DNA of 64,000 nucleotides from Octopus sinensis (GCF_006345805.1 NC_043010.1:62868001-62932000); one strand, 5' to 3'; shown: positions 1 through 13,883, counted from the first letter of the stretch. Made by a program: numbers and translations. The notes: generated by a model from the sequence alone, not told the origin.

Positions 1-1706
1 ATATATACATTATATATATACATATACATATATATATACATATACATATATATATATACATATACATATATATATACATATACATATATATATATACATA
101 TACATTATATATATACATATACATTATATATATACATATACATTATATATATACATATACATTATATATATACATATACATTATATATATACATATACAT
201 TATATATATACATATACATTATATATATACATATACATATACATATATATAATACATATATATATCATACATTATATATACATACATTATATATATCATA
301 TATATATATATACATACATTATATATATATACATACATTATATATATACATATATATATATATACATATATATATATACATACATTATATAATACATATA
401 GTATTACATATTACATTATATACACATATATACATTGTATACATATATATATATACATTGTATACATATATACATTGTATACATATATATATATACATTG
501 TATACATATATACATTGTATACATATATATATATACATTGTATACATATATATACATTGTATACATATATACATTATATACATATATATATACATTGTAT
601 ACATATATACATTATATACATATATACATTATATACATATATACATTGTATACATATATATATACATTGTATACATATATATATACATTGTATACATATA
701 TACATTATATACATATATATATACATTGTATACATATATATATACATTGTATACATATATACATTATATACATATATACATTATATACATATATATATAC
801 ATTGTATACATATATATATACATATATACATTATATACATATATATATACATTGTATACATATATATATACATTATATACATATATACATTATATACATA
901 TATACATTATATACATATATATATACATTGTATACATATACATTGTATACATATATACATTGTATACATATATACATTGTATACATATATACATTGTATA
1001 CATATATACATTGTATACATATATACATTATATACATATATTATATACCTATATATATATACATATATATGCATTATATACATATATATACATTATATAC
1101 ATATATATACATTATATACATATATATACATTATATACATATATATACACATTATATACATATATATACACATTATATACATATATACACACATTATATA
1201 CATATATACACACATTATATACATATATACACACATTATATACATATATACACACATTATATACATATATACACACATTATATACATATATACACACATT
1301 ATATACATATATACACACATTATATACATATATACACACATTATATACATATATACACACATTATATACATATATACACACATTATATACATATATACAC
1401 ATTATATACATATATACACATTATATACATATATACACATTATATACATATATACACATTATATACATATATACACATTATATACATATATATACATTAT
1501 ATACATATATACACATTATATACATATATACACATTATATACATATATACACATTATATACATATATATACATTATATACATATATATATATTATATACG
1601 TTATATACATATATATTATATATATATATATATATTATATACATACACACACATATATATATATATATATTATATACATACACACACATATATATATATA
1701 TATACA
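1..1706. repeat. Compound (TA)n/TATACA micro- and minisatellite block
   Basis: Almost only T/A/C in ~17-22 bp variant units such as acattgtatacatatat and tatacatatatacacacat; produces the Y/I/H/T pseudo-ORFs. Confidence 0.98.
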
Positions 1707-2720
1707 TAGTGGTAGTGCAGTTGATGGCGTTTGTCTTGGTGCAGCGGTGGTCATGCAACGGCGGCGATGGTGTTGGCGGTGCAGTGTTCTGGGTTGCAGG
1801 TGCAGCAATGTGACAAGTTGCAGTGGAGGGGGTGACGGGGACGCGGGGGTGGCAATGCAGTATGGTGCGAAGTATGTTAAGGTGTTAGTGGGTGTCGCGG
1901 CAGCAGAGTCGGCGACGGCGGGGGACATTGTGTGTTTTGCGTGCTTGTGGTGGTGGCGTTACGCATGCATGCGTGCGTGCGTGTGTGTGTGCAGCAGTGA
2001 GCTTTGTAAACACGACGAAGCAGTAGCTTGGTGCCAACCATTCTCTACAACACCCTCCCCGCCACCCTGACAACCACCACCAGTTCTACTACCACCACTA
2101 CTACTACTATGACAAACAGTACTATAAACACCACCACCATCGACACCACTACTATCATCATCAACATAACCATAACCATCATCATAACTGCCACCACAAC
2201 CACCACTATAATCATCACCATCATAACCATCATCATCACCATCATAACTGCCACCACCACCACCGCCGCCACCCAATGCAGAGCCAAAGTAGGAGAGAAA
2301 AATATTTGGTCACATTAATAAGAGGAGAGGTTGTCAAGGATGTACACACCACCCACCCACCCTTGCTACTACCCTACACCCCTCACCACCACCACCGCCA
2401 CAACTGTAGCAGCAGCAGCAACAACAACAACAAATTTGGAAATACAATATTCTCTCATTAGTGATGGTAGCAGTGAATCTATTTATAGCTTTTATCTGTT
2501 AGTAATGGTATGACGGGAGTAGCGGTGGTGGTGGTGATGGTATGATGGCGATGGTACTTGTTCAATGGTGAGCGATGGAGATGGTGGCAGTGGTGGTTGA
2601 TCATAGAATTGGTTATCTTGGTGTTGGCAACAATTATAAGGATAACGAGGAAGACGATGATGATGATGACAGCAATGATGATGATGATGATGTCAACCAC
2701 GATGCAGCACAACTATGATC
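1707..2720. repeat. Degenerate trinucleotide low-complexity region (GGT, ACC/ATC, GAT) with strand flips
   Basis: GGT/GCG-rich 1707-1990, ACC/ATC-rich 2040-2290, GAT/GGT-rich 2490-2720. Confidence 0.85.
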
Positions 2721-3147
2721 AAAAACTTCCAACCATGACTAACCCTTCGTTTTTTTTTTTTTCCAAACCATAGTTTACCACGGTCTGCACAATGCAATAA
2801 GTCTTTTTTAGTTTTCATTTTGCTTTAAGGCTGTAGAATGAATCCTGAAGGAGATTTAACTGCCATTTCTAGCATAAAGGTTTCTTTATTGGCACTGATG
2901 ATGATGATGATGACAATGATGACTATGATAATAGTTCCCATTACTTTCAAATCTGACCTAGACAATCTTTGGTGCCCATCCCTGCCTGCATCAACTGCCA
3001 GGCCACAGCTGACATTTTTTGTATACCTATTTAGCTTAGAGTGGGTTTGATAGTTCTGCAAATTTCTCAACAGGCAAATGGCATCCAAATTTATACAACA
3101 AAGCCTGCTTCACACCGATCATGTTTATAGAGAAAGTGGAGCTTTCT

Positions 3148-3340
3148 TTAACCCTTTAGCATATAAAACTGGCCCAAGTATTTAAAAAAAAATTTTTTTA
3201 TCCAAATTGGCTAGACCTCGCCTCTTACACCTACCCAACAATGTCATTCTAAAAATAAACAATCACATCAAAATCTTGAAGTTATAAGAGATAATGCATG
3301 ATTAATTCAAAGACAGAGTAATCTGAATGCCAAGGGTTAA
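3148..3340. mobile_element. TTAA-flanked MITE (piggyBac-like), family P1
   Basis: TTAA|CCCTTTAGCA at 3148-3161 and TGCCAAGGG|TTAA at 3328-3340; homologous truncated copy at 8993-9140. Confidence 0.8.
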
Positions 3341-3579
3341 ATTTATAGTTTCTCAAGTGGCAGTGAGTCATCTCCAGATTTATACAATACATAACATAGA
3401 CACGATTAGAACTCTGCACCCTTTCTACCAAGTTATTGTATAGTTTGACATCAAGAATACAATTCTAATCCGGGATGTGATGGCATTCAGCCACTTCTCT
3501 TTGTTCCACTCTCCATTTTTCAACTGAGAGGTCTTTGTCTTATGAACTCACAAATGTTGGTGTTACAAAGAAAACTCTG

Positions 3580-3730
3580 GCGTTGGCATCATGTAAAAAG
3601 CACCCAGCACTCTCTGTAAAGTGGTTGGTGTTAGGAAAGGCATCAAGCTGTAAAGATCATGCCAAATCCAGGTCTAACCCTGCTTGCCAGCTCCAGCATG
3701 GAAAACCAGACATCTAATGATGATGATGTG
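3580..3730 (+). mobile_element. Family D retroposon 3' end (LINE 3' UTR-like, (GAT)n tail), degenerate
   Basis: gtggttggtgttaggaaaggcatc ... cagcatggaaaacc ... aatgatgatgatg. Confidence 0.8.
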
Positions 3731-3929
3731 ACATTCTTGTCTTTTTCTCAACTCAATCCTTAATAGCAATTTGAGGAGTTGTTAGCCAGAACTAGAACAC
3801 TGGGCAACTTCAAGTTAAGTGTACAATTAAAATAAACATTGAATGAAATGTTTGATTACAGATCTGCTTGATTGGGGCAGACCTGGTCTAACTGGCAGCC
3901 ATAAGGTCAAAACAATTAGAAGGGCTCCA

Positions 3930-4270
3930 AGTAGTCACTTGTCAACCTGTTAGAAATGGCAGTCAAATCTCTCTGAAATCACATCCTACCATCCTAAGAC
4001 ACCACGTGTAATCCTCGATACACTGCCTAGCTGAAAATAAGGTGCAATGGTCATTGCAGGGACAACTTTGATAACAAGTGACCTCAGGCAGGCAATGAAC
4101 CAGTAGTGGCTTGACCTGCTATAAACAGTAGCTGCATCTCCCTCAAATTAAACAATACCAGTGGACAATGTAGCGGCTCACATACATTGCCTGGAAATAT
4201 AAACAGGATAGCCCCAGGTGGAATACTTTTGATCATACAATTAACCTGGGTTTGCTCTGGGGGCTAAACT
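3930..4270 (+). mobile_element. Two degenerate tandem copies of dispersed repeat family I
   Basis: tagaaatggcagtcaaatctctctgaaatcaca and ctgctataaacagtagctgcatctccctcaaat motifs; also at 23055-23260 and 27295-27450. Confidence 0.6.
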
Positions 4271-4914
4271 GGTGTTTCTCAATACAGCTCAATGCCCCAC
4301 TTTGACATCCATCCACCGTCAATGAACAAAGTTTTTAAAAAAGCACACATATGTGTCATCATTGTCATCATCATCATCACTGTTAAACATCTATTTTTCC
4401 ATGCAATACATGGATCAGGTGGTAATTTTTCCAGCAATGCCTGTGCGTGCGTGCGTGTTTTGAAAAGAAGTTTTAATTGAAACTATATGGCAAGTGTTAT
4501 TCCCATGTTACATACCAAATGTACCTCCACCCCCACCCCCATTTCGATGTCCTATGACCCACTGGCAGACCATGAAACCCCTCTTCCCATCACCACCACC
4601 AACACCGAAAAAAAACATACCACTAAACAAAATAATAAAAATATGAAAGGTGGTGCCCCAGCATGGCCACAGCTTTAAAGAATCAAACCAAGAAATGTGA
4701 GCCAGTCACTGGGAGAACAGCATGAAATGCTTGACCACAACAAATCACACTGTCCAGCTTAGTCTTCTCTACACATCTGCAGCAATGGGAGGGGTGGGGT
4801 GGGGCCCTGATTGACCCCTTCTCTAATAAACCATTGGGGTTTTATTATAATGTCTTTGGTGAGATGCAAACTTAAGAGTACGAAGGTAGACTACTATTTC
4901 TGCTCATTGGTGCA

Positions 4915-5453
4915 GGCAAAGTTGTGGGTTCAGTCCCACTGCGTGGCACCTTGGGGCAACTGTCTTCTACTTACTATAAGCCTCAGACAGAGCAAAGCCT
5001 TGTGAGTGGATTTGGTAGATGGAACCTGAAAGAAGCCTGCCCTGTATGTATTATATGCGTGTATATGTGTTCTGCATCGGTCCCCCCAACACTGTTTGGC
5101 ACTTAGTGTTGGTGTGTTTATGTCCCTGTAAGCTGCCAAGTTACAGGGATGTAAACAAACCAACACTTGTCATCAAGCCACGATGGGGTACAAACACAAA
5201 CATGAAGACACTCATTATATACACACACACACATATATACATATATACACACACACACACACATATACATATATACACACACACACACACATATATACAT
5301 ATATACACACACACACACATATATATATTATACCCACACACACCATATACATATATACAACACACACCACACATATAACATATATACAACACACACCAAC
5401 ATATACATATATACACACACCACACACATATACATATAATACACACACACACC

Positions 5454-5497
<44 letters not shown>

Positions 5498-5655
5498 ATA
5501 TTATACACACACACACAACAATGGGCTTCTTTCAGTTTCAGTCAACCAAATCCACTAACGAGGCTTTGGTTCGCCTGGGGCCATCATAGCGGACACTTGC
5601 CCATGGTGTCACAGTGTGGGACTGAACCAGGAACTATGTGATTATGAATCAAACC
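4915..5655. mobile_element. Two family C tRNA/CORE-like SINEs fused tail-to-tail (+ at 4915-5131, - at 5141-5655)
   Basis: gggttcagtcccactgcgtggcaccttgggg...gaaagaagcc on +; reverse complement of the same head at 5520-5655; hairpin junction 5105-5167. Confidence 0.85.
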
Positions 5656-5949
5656 TACTATTCTATATATATATATATAAAATGAGATAGGGGTTGAAAA
5701 TTCAACCCACCATGGGATAACATATATCCAATATATATATATATATTTTTTTAAAAATTAATTTTTATTTTTTTATTTTATCTAGTTTCAGCTCACGAGC
5801 TGTAGCCATGCTGGGGCACCGATGATTTCCCTTTGGTAAAAGATGGTCATATATACCATTACCACTGCCATCATCATCATCAACAAGAATGTAGATTCAT
5901 TAGTAAGATATTTTGTGAACGCATATGGAAGAGACTATGTGAGTAGGTG

Positions 5950-6575
5950 TCCTTGTTTGTGTACACACACACACACACACACACAGAGATAAAAACATAC
6001 AGACACACACAAACACACATGAACTACACACCCCAAACAGAGCAACCCCCTCCTCACCCCCTTCTCCACCACCACCACTACCGCACCCACGAACCGTACA
6101 GAGTACACACACACAACCATGCCACCACCACACTCCTCCATAAACACACCACCAACCATCTGCTCCCCTACTCCTACCTTCTGCCCCCCCAAACACCCAG
6201 TACCGCTCACCACCCCCACCCCGCGCTTTACATTAACCCTACACAACTACCCTACCACCTGCATATATGCACACAAACACACACTGCACCCACCCTTATA
6301 TCCACCTTAACTACACACACACACACACACACACAGAACAAGTTTAGCCCAGTAAGATGGGCAAGGTTCCAAAATTGCCTAAATGCTGCCTCCCATAGAC
6401 ATGGCGCGGGTGCGTGTGAGCGAGCGAGCGGGGAAGGTCGGGGTTGGAAGTGATGGGGTGACGGCACTGGTGAACACCCATTACAGAACCCTACCATCTC
6501 ACCCACCCGACCACACCACTACCTCCAGCTGTAAATGCACCTCGGAACCACACCACACCTTCACTGCCACTGAAT

Positions 6576-6611
<36 letters not shown>

Positions 6612-7300
6612 GTACACACACATGTAATACATCATATATACAAACACACACACATATATATATAGATGATAGACACACACACACATATATATATAGACAT
6701 ACACACACACACACACACATATATATAGACGTATACACACACACACACATATATAGACATATACACACACATGATATATACACACACATAGACGTATACA
6801 CACACATAGACGTATACACACACACACATATAGACATATACACACACACTGACATACACACACACATACACATATATAGACACACACACACACACACATG
6901 TATATATATATATATAGATACATTATCATTTAACGTCCGTCTTCCATTAATTGATGATGTATGTGTATATATATATATATATATTATCTATATATGTGCA
7001 TACATATATCTATCTATCTATCTATGTGTGTGTGTGCATCACCACACCACTTCCTTCTATTGCCAACACCACCACCATCATGGCTCTAACCCCCACCACC
7101 ACCACCACTTCAATTACTATACCACAACCACACTCCTCCCCCACTACAATTCCTCTCCCTCTGCCCCTTCTCTCCCCCACTCCGTTCCATGTAGTGCTCT
7201 GCACCCCAGTGCCACAACATCCAATCTACACCACGCCCCTCCCATTTCACACCACTACAATCCCTCCACGCCCACCACCACAACACCGCAGCACCAAATA
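5950..7300. repeat. (AC)n/(ATAC)n/ACC low-complexity block
   Basis: Interleaved AC, AT and ACC runs. Confidence 0.9.
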
Positions 7301-7460
7301 GGTTCTATCAGACAGAGGTTCGCGGTGGGATGGGGGCCAAGGCGGAGAGGTGAGATGTTAAAAGGGGGGAGGTGTTGGTGGCGGAGGGGGAGGCTGCATG
7401 TGCAAGAGTGGAGTGGCAGGATGGAGTGTGTGGCGTGGGGGCACAGAGGGCAGGGAGTGG

Positions 7461-7494
<34 letters not shown>

Positions 7495-8264
7495 GAACGC
7501 AAGCAGAATTGCAGTGGGTTGCAGGTAGGGGCAGAGGTGTGTGGGTGTGTGTATTCCTGATGAAAAGCTAAGGGGAGAGAAACTAGCCACAGGAAGGAGA
7601 GGGGCCGGGTTCAGCGGCAGCGGTGATGGCGTGGAGGCCCGGCAGGAGAACTGTGTCAAAGTTAATTAATGTATATGAAGACCACCTCCATCAACCCCTG
7701 CTCACTTCCCCGTGCACTTCCCCACCCCTCTCCGGTGACCGGCCACGGGCATGGCGCAGCACACACATCTTTTTCTCCAGGCTACGGACCTTCCCTCGGA
7801 AGCCTACCAAATTACCACTGCCACCTTATTAGCTATGACAAACGCACGTATATACTACATATACGCATATACATTTGTAAATATCCACATATGTTTATAC
7901 ATATGTATGTATGTATGTATGTATATGTGTATACACACATACATATATCCATGTTCTGCACACATGTAGTGCCTACATGAACACATACACATACTTATAA
8001 CATCTGTGTAAGTTTGTTTATCAGAGATAAACTGGGATTGCATTACCGGACCCTGGTTTCATCCCATTGACCCTTCACCGTTCCCATCAGAGGGATGGAA
8101 GCCAAAGATACGGAATGGCTGTCAGTGGCATAAATCATGAAGAGTCTGAGGAATGTGATCCACCGTTTATCTCTGGCATCAATAAACACATAACCAAGAC
8201 TCTCCAAGTTGTGTTGTGTACTTCTAAAGTCCTTTCCACCCCTTTTTTCTAACAAAAAGAACTA

Positions 8265-8570
8265 TACAGCATGGCACCTTTGGCAAGGCCAAGTGTCTTC
8301 TACTAAAGCCTGAGGCCAACTAAAAGCCTTGTGAGTGGATTTGGTAGATGGAAACTGAAAGAAGCCCATCACATATATATGTGTGTGTGTGCGTGTCCCT
8401 TCGCCACTGCTTGGCAATTGGTGTTGGTGTATTAATGCTGCGTAACTTAGCAGTTCACCAAAAGAGACCAAAAAAGTACTAGGCATAAAACGAACTAAGT
8501 ACTAGGATGAATTCATTTGACTAAAAATCCAAGGTGGTGCCCCAGCATGGCCACAGTCTAATGACCAATT
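8265..8570 (+). mobile_element. Family C SINE, 5'-truncated
   Basis: gccttgtgagtggatttggtagatggaaactgaaagaagccc ... aaggtggtgccccagcatggccacagtc. Confidence 0.85.
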
Positions 8571-8586
8571 TAGGTGTGCATGTGCG

Positions 8587-8641
<55 letters not shown>

Positions 8642-8992
8642 TATATACATACCACACATAAATCATGTCTTGCCTAATCTATTTTCTATGTGTTGCATGG
8701 CTTAGAAGGGAGATAACTGAGCAGGATCATTTTGCAGCTGGATGCTCTTCCTGTCACTCACCCTTACTGTTTACAAAGGATTTGTATATATACACACATA
8801 TATACGGCCTACAATCAAGTGTTTCAGCCACAACCATTCTGTCTATTTGTGGGCATTGTGCATCTAAGACTGCATTAGCCAATGTGTTGTTACTGGTCTT
8901 CAAAGACAGTTTGTTTCAATGAGGGAGATGCAGCTACCATTCTTGGAGGTCAAGTAACCTCAGCAGACTTTCTTTGCTCAAACTGATGTTGT

Positions 8993-9140
8993 TTAACCCT
9001 TTAGCACTTAATCTGGCCAAATCCGGCCCCAAATATTGGAACTGACCAGACCCAGCCTCACACACCTACCCTACAATGTCATTCCAAAAATATACAAGCA
9101 CACCATTGAAATCACGAAGCTACAAGATAATGCATGATTT
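8993..9140. mobile_element. Family P1 TTAA MITE, truncated
   Basis: ttaaccctttagca start; shares cacctaccctacaatgtcattc and gataatgcatgatt with 3148-3340. Confidence 0.7.
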
Positions 9141-9807
9141 AGCTGCTATTTCAAGCAGCTTCAGCAACCATGTAGAGGCCTGTGTATACATTCTTTGTAC
9201 ATTTAGCTGCTATTCTTAGCATTCTGAGCAGCTAAGTAGAGAAACACATTTTCATTGGTTCACATCGAAGCCTAGGGCTTGCTTCTACATAGACACATTT
9301 CTTACACATTTAGCTGCTATTTCTAAAAATTTGAGCAACCATGTTGAGGACTCTTTCAATGAGACACATTGAAGCAAAGGGCTGGCTTTTACACGCATTC
9401 CTTGTACATTTAGCTGCTATTCTTAGCAATCTGAGTAACCATGCCATGGCCCTCTTCATTAGCTCACATTGAAGTTTAAGGATGGCTTCTACATCCATAC
9501 ATTCTTGGTCCAGTGAAAACACGTATATCTCTCATGTGTTTTAAATTTTGGAGATGATGAAAAAGTCTTTGTGTGTTTGGTAAATGGAATACAAAGTCTT
9601 CCTGTCTTTCTTGAATCTCAACAATCTAATCTAAACCACATTAAACTCTACTCTTTTATATGTTTTGTTTTTTTTTTGTTATATTTTAATTCGTTTTCTT
9701 CTTCACAATGATTCATCGTTATATCAGAGTTTCAACTTTTGTATCGCAACCTTGATATAAGGGTCACCCCAACAAACAACAACAATCGCATTTTAGTTTG
9801 TTTAATC

Positions 9808-10054
9808 CAACAGTTCTAAACCAGAGTCCACATGACCCCTGGTGGGGTCCAGATAAGATTTTGCTATTAAAATTTGTGCAATAAACTGGCAATACATCAG
9901 CAATACATAAAATATTAAAATTTCTTTTTACATAATTCCTAATAATATTTAATTATAAAAAGCACGAGGATTTTTTTTATATACAGCAAATGGCTATGAC
10001 GGGTCCAAGAGGAACAAAAGGAGTTCATAGACAAAAAATGGTTGTGAACCACTG
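9808..10054. mobile_element. hAT/Charlie-like MITE
   Basis: Degenerate TIRs caacagttctaaacc / ggttgtgaaccactg; imperfect 8-bp TSD gtttaatc (9800-9807) / gtgtaata (10055-10062). Confidence 0.65.
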
Positions 10055-11049
10055 GTGTAATACCGATTATATTTTTCTTGCTAGCAATGGTTAGATGGGG
10101 AGATTCTGGAGGTAAGATTTATGCAGTTAGGTGCTTCTCCTGTTGCTAACCCTTTCCTGTTTTATTCAAGTAAGGAGATTTTAATATCAGAGGAATTCAA
10201 AAGTGCAGAGCTAATGGAGAATTTGTTGAGAGGAGTTGTTAACAAACGCCATCAATGTCTGTGCAGCCACTGACAATAAGGTCACCATTTGTAGTGGAGC
10301 TCACTGCAGATTTTAAGCATTTATTTTGGTTCACAAATACAACATTTGATAATGCTTTAGGAAGGGCATCTAGCCATAGAAAAATCATGGAGCTTGACTT
10401 AGTGCTCTGGCTCATCAGATCCTATCAAACTGTCAGCCATATGCCAGTGGGGAAACCGACATTAAATGAAGAAGTCTGCCTGCAAGAGGTCTCCATACGA
10501 CTTCTCTTATTCTTTCTCTCTCTCTCGCAAGACTTGACCAGATGAAATCAGACATTGGTTTAAGCACAACTTATAGAATACATCCATATTCCATACGAGA
10601 TATGGATATTAAATGACGACAAAAATGAAGTTTAAATGCAAGAAGACTCCATACACCATTCCTCACTCTCTCCTTGTCTGTTCAGACTTAATCTAATGTA
10701 TTTAGACACAGGTTTGAGTACAATATCTCACTCGTACTCACCCTCTGCTCTCCCGCTTCAGATAATCTCACAGAGGAAAGGATCAAAGGACACTTTTGAT
10801 TTCATTGTTCATATCAACTTTGTTTTTATCAATACTGATGCCTGCATGTCTAAGGATTATCTCCCTCTTCTTTGTAGAGCCTCAAGGGAGGTCAGAACTG
10901 ATCAACAAGGCCTATGGCCAAAGACAGTCCAGCCTTGACTCTCCCATTTAGTACAATATTGAAGTTGTTCTGAATATTGAGGCAAGCAATGGCAATCACT
11001 ATTGGCCTTGATTTTGATTGTATGTGAATATATGTACAAACACACACAC

Positions 11050-11195
11050 AACACGATGGGCTTCTCTCAGTTTTCATCTATGAAATCCAGCCACAAGTCT
11101 TTGGTTGACCCAAAGCTATAAAAGAAGACATTTGTTTGAGGTGCCATGGAGTAGGACTGAACCCAGAACCATGTGGTTGTGAAGCAGACTTACTA
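11050..11195 (-). mobile_element. Family C SINE head
   Basis: Reverse complement of the tRNA-like head and CORE-like segment (gggcttctctcagttttc...ggactgaacccagaaccatgtgg). Confidence 0.8.
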
Positions 11196-11220
11196 CAGTT
11201 ATCCCTATAACTATATATAT

Positions 11221-11254
<34 letters not shown>

Positions 11255-11775
11255 CTCACACAACCAAAATCAAGGCCAATAGTGAACTCCATAGCTTGCC
11301 TCAGTATTCAGAAGAAGACATGGAGCACCAAACTTGGGATTATACACACATGTAGCATACACACACACACACACACACGTGTGTGTAGCCCTTCTTATCT
11401 TGTTCTCCTTGTCCTGTCTCTCACTGTTATATATTTATTTTTCCACTGTTTATATATATATTTTTTACTGTTTATATGTTTACTGTCGTTACCGTCTTGC
11501 TTTTTTTTTTTTACCCCTCTGCGAAAAGATCTCAGAATTTTAATTGATTTGCTTTCACAGGAAGGAAGTTTCCTTCGAAGTATACGTCTCGCTTTATCCT
11601 TCGAACGTTTAGTAAGATGAAACCTTAGCGACTGAAGAAGGGGATTTTTCGTTGTGCTTATTGTCCTGTATCTTTTTTTTGCTTGTCTTGTTCCTTGGTT
11701 TGTGTCTATGTTTTTCATCTCTCTATGTGTTCGACGTCCCTTTTGGTGTCCTGTACTCATATATGCGTGTATATG

Positions 11776-11875
11776 NNNNNNNNNNNNNNNNNNNNNNNNN
11801 NNNNNNNNNNNNNNNNNNNNNNNNNNNNNNNNNNNNNNNNNNNNNNNNNNNNNNNNNNNNNNNNNNNNNNNNNNN
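11776..11875. other. Assembly gap, 100 N
   Basis: Exactly 100 N; adjacency and true distance across it are unknown. Confidence 1.
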
Positions 11876-12430
11876 TGTTGTGTGTGGTTGTGTTTGTGTG
11901 TTGTGTTTGTGTGTGTGTGTTTGTGCGTGTGCTTATGCGAGTGAGTTTACGCGTGTGCGCGTGTTTGTGTGTTTATGTGTGTGTGTTCGTGCGTGTGTGT
12001 TTTTAGCTGTGTGTGTGTTTGCATCTGTGTGTTTGGGTGTGTGTTTATATGTGTGTGTATGTGTGTGTGTGTGTGTGGTGTGTGTGTGTGTATGTGTGTG
12101 TGTGACACTTCTCTATGCTAAGGAATGTATGTACAGTGATCAAGTGTAGAGGTGTGGTGTGTTGTGTATGGAGGTGATAGGTGTATATAACATAGGTGTG
12201 GCATGTATCTATGTTAACAGAGATAAAGGAATACACTCTGTCATTGTATACACACACACACACACATACAAACAGGCACACACACATGCGTATGCTCAGA
12301 CACAAGCATACACACACACAAACAGAGCCAGGCACATGTTTGGTGGGACAAAGAAGGAAAACAGAAACTCAATACACAAGTGCATCCATATATATATATA
12401 TGTATATATATATATGTATATATAGATATG

Positions 12431-12487
<57 letters not shown>

Positions 12488-12554
12488 ATATATATATATA
12501 TGTATATATGGTGTATGTATATATGTATATATATATATAACATATATATATATT

Positions 12555-12589
<35 letters not shown>

Positions 12590-12761
12590 GTATATATATA
12601 TTAATATATATAGTATATATATGTATTTGTATATATATATTTGAATGTATATATGTATATATACAGATATATATATAATATATATATATTATATATATAT
12701 GTATGTATGCATATTAACATATACACACAATCTATATATATATTTATGTATGTATGTATGT

Positions 12762-13600
12762 ATCATCATCATCATCATCATTATTGTCGTCGTTTAACGT
12801 CTGCTTTCCATGCTGGCATGAGTTGGACAGTTTGACTGGGGACTGGCGAACCAGATGGCTGTATCAAGCTCCAATCTAATCTGGCAAAGTTTCTACAGCG
12901 GGATGCCTTTCCTAACGCCAACCTCTCTGAGAGTGTAATGGGTGCTTTTATATGTCACTGGCACAAGGGCTAGTTAGGCGGCACTGGAAACGACCAGGCT
13001 CAAATGTTGTTTTTTCATGTGCCACCAGCACATGTGTTGGTAAAAAAAGACTCCGCCGGTTACGACGACGAGGGTCCCAGCTGATACGATCAACGGAACA
13101 GCTCGCTCGTGAATTAACGTGCAAATGGCTGAGCATTCCACAGACACGTGTACCCTTAATGTAGTTCTCGGGGATAATCAGCGTGACACAGAGAGTGACA
13201 AGGCTGACCCTTTGAAATACAAGTACAACTCATTTTTGCCAGCTGAGTGGACTGGAGCAACGTGAAATAAAGTGTCTTGCTCAAGGACACAACGCGTCGC
13301 CGGGAATCAAACTCACAACCTTACGATCATGAGCCGAATGCCCTAACCACTAAGCCACGCGCCCTCACCATGTGTTGGTAAGGCGATGCTGGCAACGATC
13401 ACTCTCGAATGGTGATTTTTACGTGCCACCGGCATGGGAACCAATCCATGACCATGGCAACGATCATGCGCGGATGTGCTTTTAATGTTCCACTGGCACA
13501 AGTGCCAATCAGGTGGTACTGTCATCGGCCACGTCAGCAATTTTGATTTTGATTTTACTTGCCTCAAGTTTATAGTCCAATGAATGAGGGGTACTCATAA
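12762..13600 (-). mobile_element. Family D retroposon, interrupted by a SINE
   Basis: (CAT)n + gtttaacgtctgctttccatgc tail; ~60-bp internal units continue after the SINE to gattttgattttacttgcctcaag. Confidence 0.9.
13044..13368 (-). mobile_element. Full-length tRNA-derived SINE (head 2 + CORE/V-like domain + tail A) with 13-bp TSD
   Basis: Minus strand GGCGCGTGGCTTAGTGGTTAGG (A box)...GAGTTTGATTCC (B box)...TGTGTCCTTGAGCAAGACAC; TSD catgtgttggtaa at 13031-13043 and 13369-13381. Confidence 0.93.
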
Positions 13601-13659
13601 GTATATATGCTTGTGTATATATGTGTATATATATATATATAGTTAATCCAAACATGAAA

Positions 13660-13860
13660 ACACAAAGAGAAAACACAACAACGCGAGGATGTGGAACAAG
13701 TATAGTATTATTGGACGCTCAGGAAAGGAAAGAAAGAAGGAGGATTTAACGTTTCGAGCGGAGCTCTTTGTCAGAAACATAGGAAAAGGAAAGATCCAAA
13801 GAAGGCAAGAAGGAGGAAAAAAATCGACAATGATACACACGTGGTCACATTTTGAATGTG
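13660..13860 (-). mobile_element. Penelope-like terminus remnant, family E1, with decayed hammerhead at 13744-13778
   Basis: Minus strand GTTT-CTGACAA-A-GAGC-TCC-GCTC-GAAA-CGTT-AAAT; homologous to 41820-42020 and 42855-43050. Confidence 0.7.
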
Positions 13861-13883
13861 TGTATATATATATATAGATATAT

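Noticed and set aside
416-2070. Long ORFs of 424-531 aa rich in Y/I/H/T
   Set aside because: They are translations of TA/CA microsatellite open in several frames at once and carry no coding signal
2838-3050. 70-aa ORF after an acceptor-like ttttgctttaag
   Set aside because: It depends on a GAT repeat for openness; no donor site or recognisable domain
7556-7600. CCTGATGA...GAAACTAG motif
   Set aside because: The intervening sequence cannot form stem II
11550-11655. Hairpin GAAGGAA/TTCCTTC plus a later CTGAAGA, suggesting a hammerhead
   Set aside because: The elements are in an order that does not give one consistent fold, GAAA is absent and the second stem II is incomplete; at most a decayed relic
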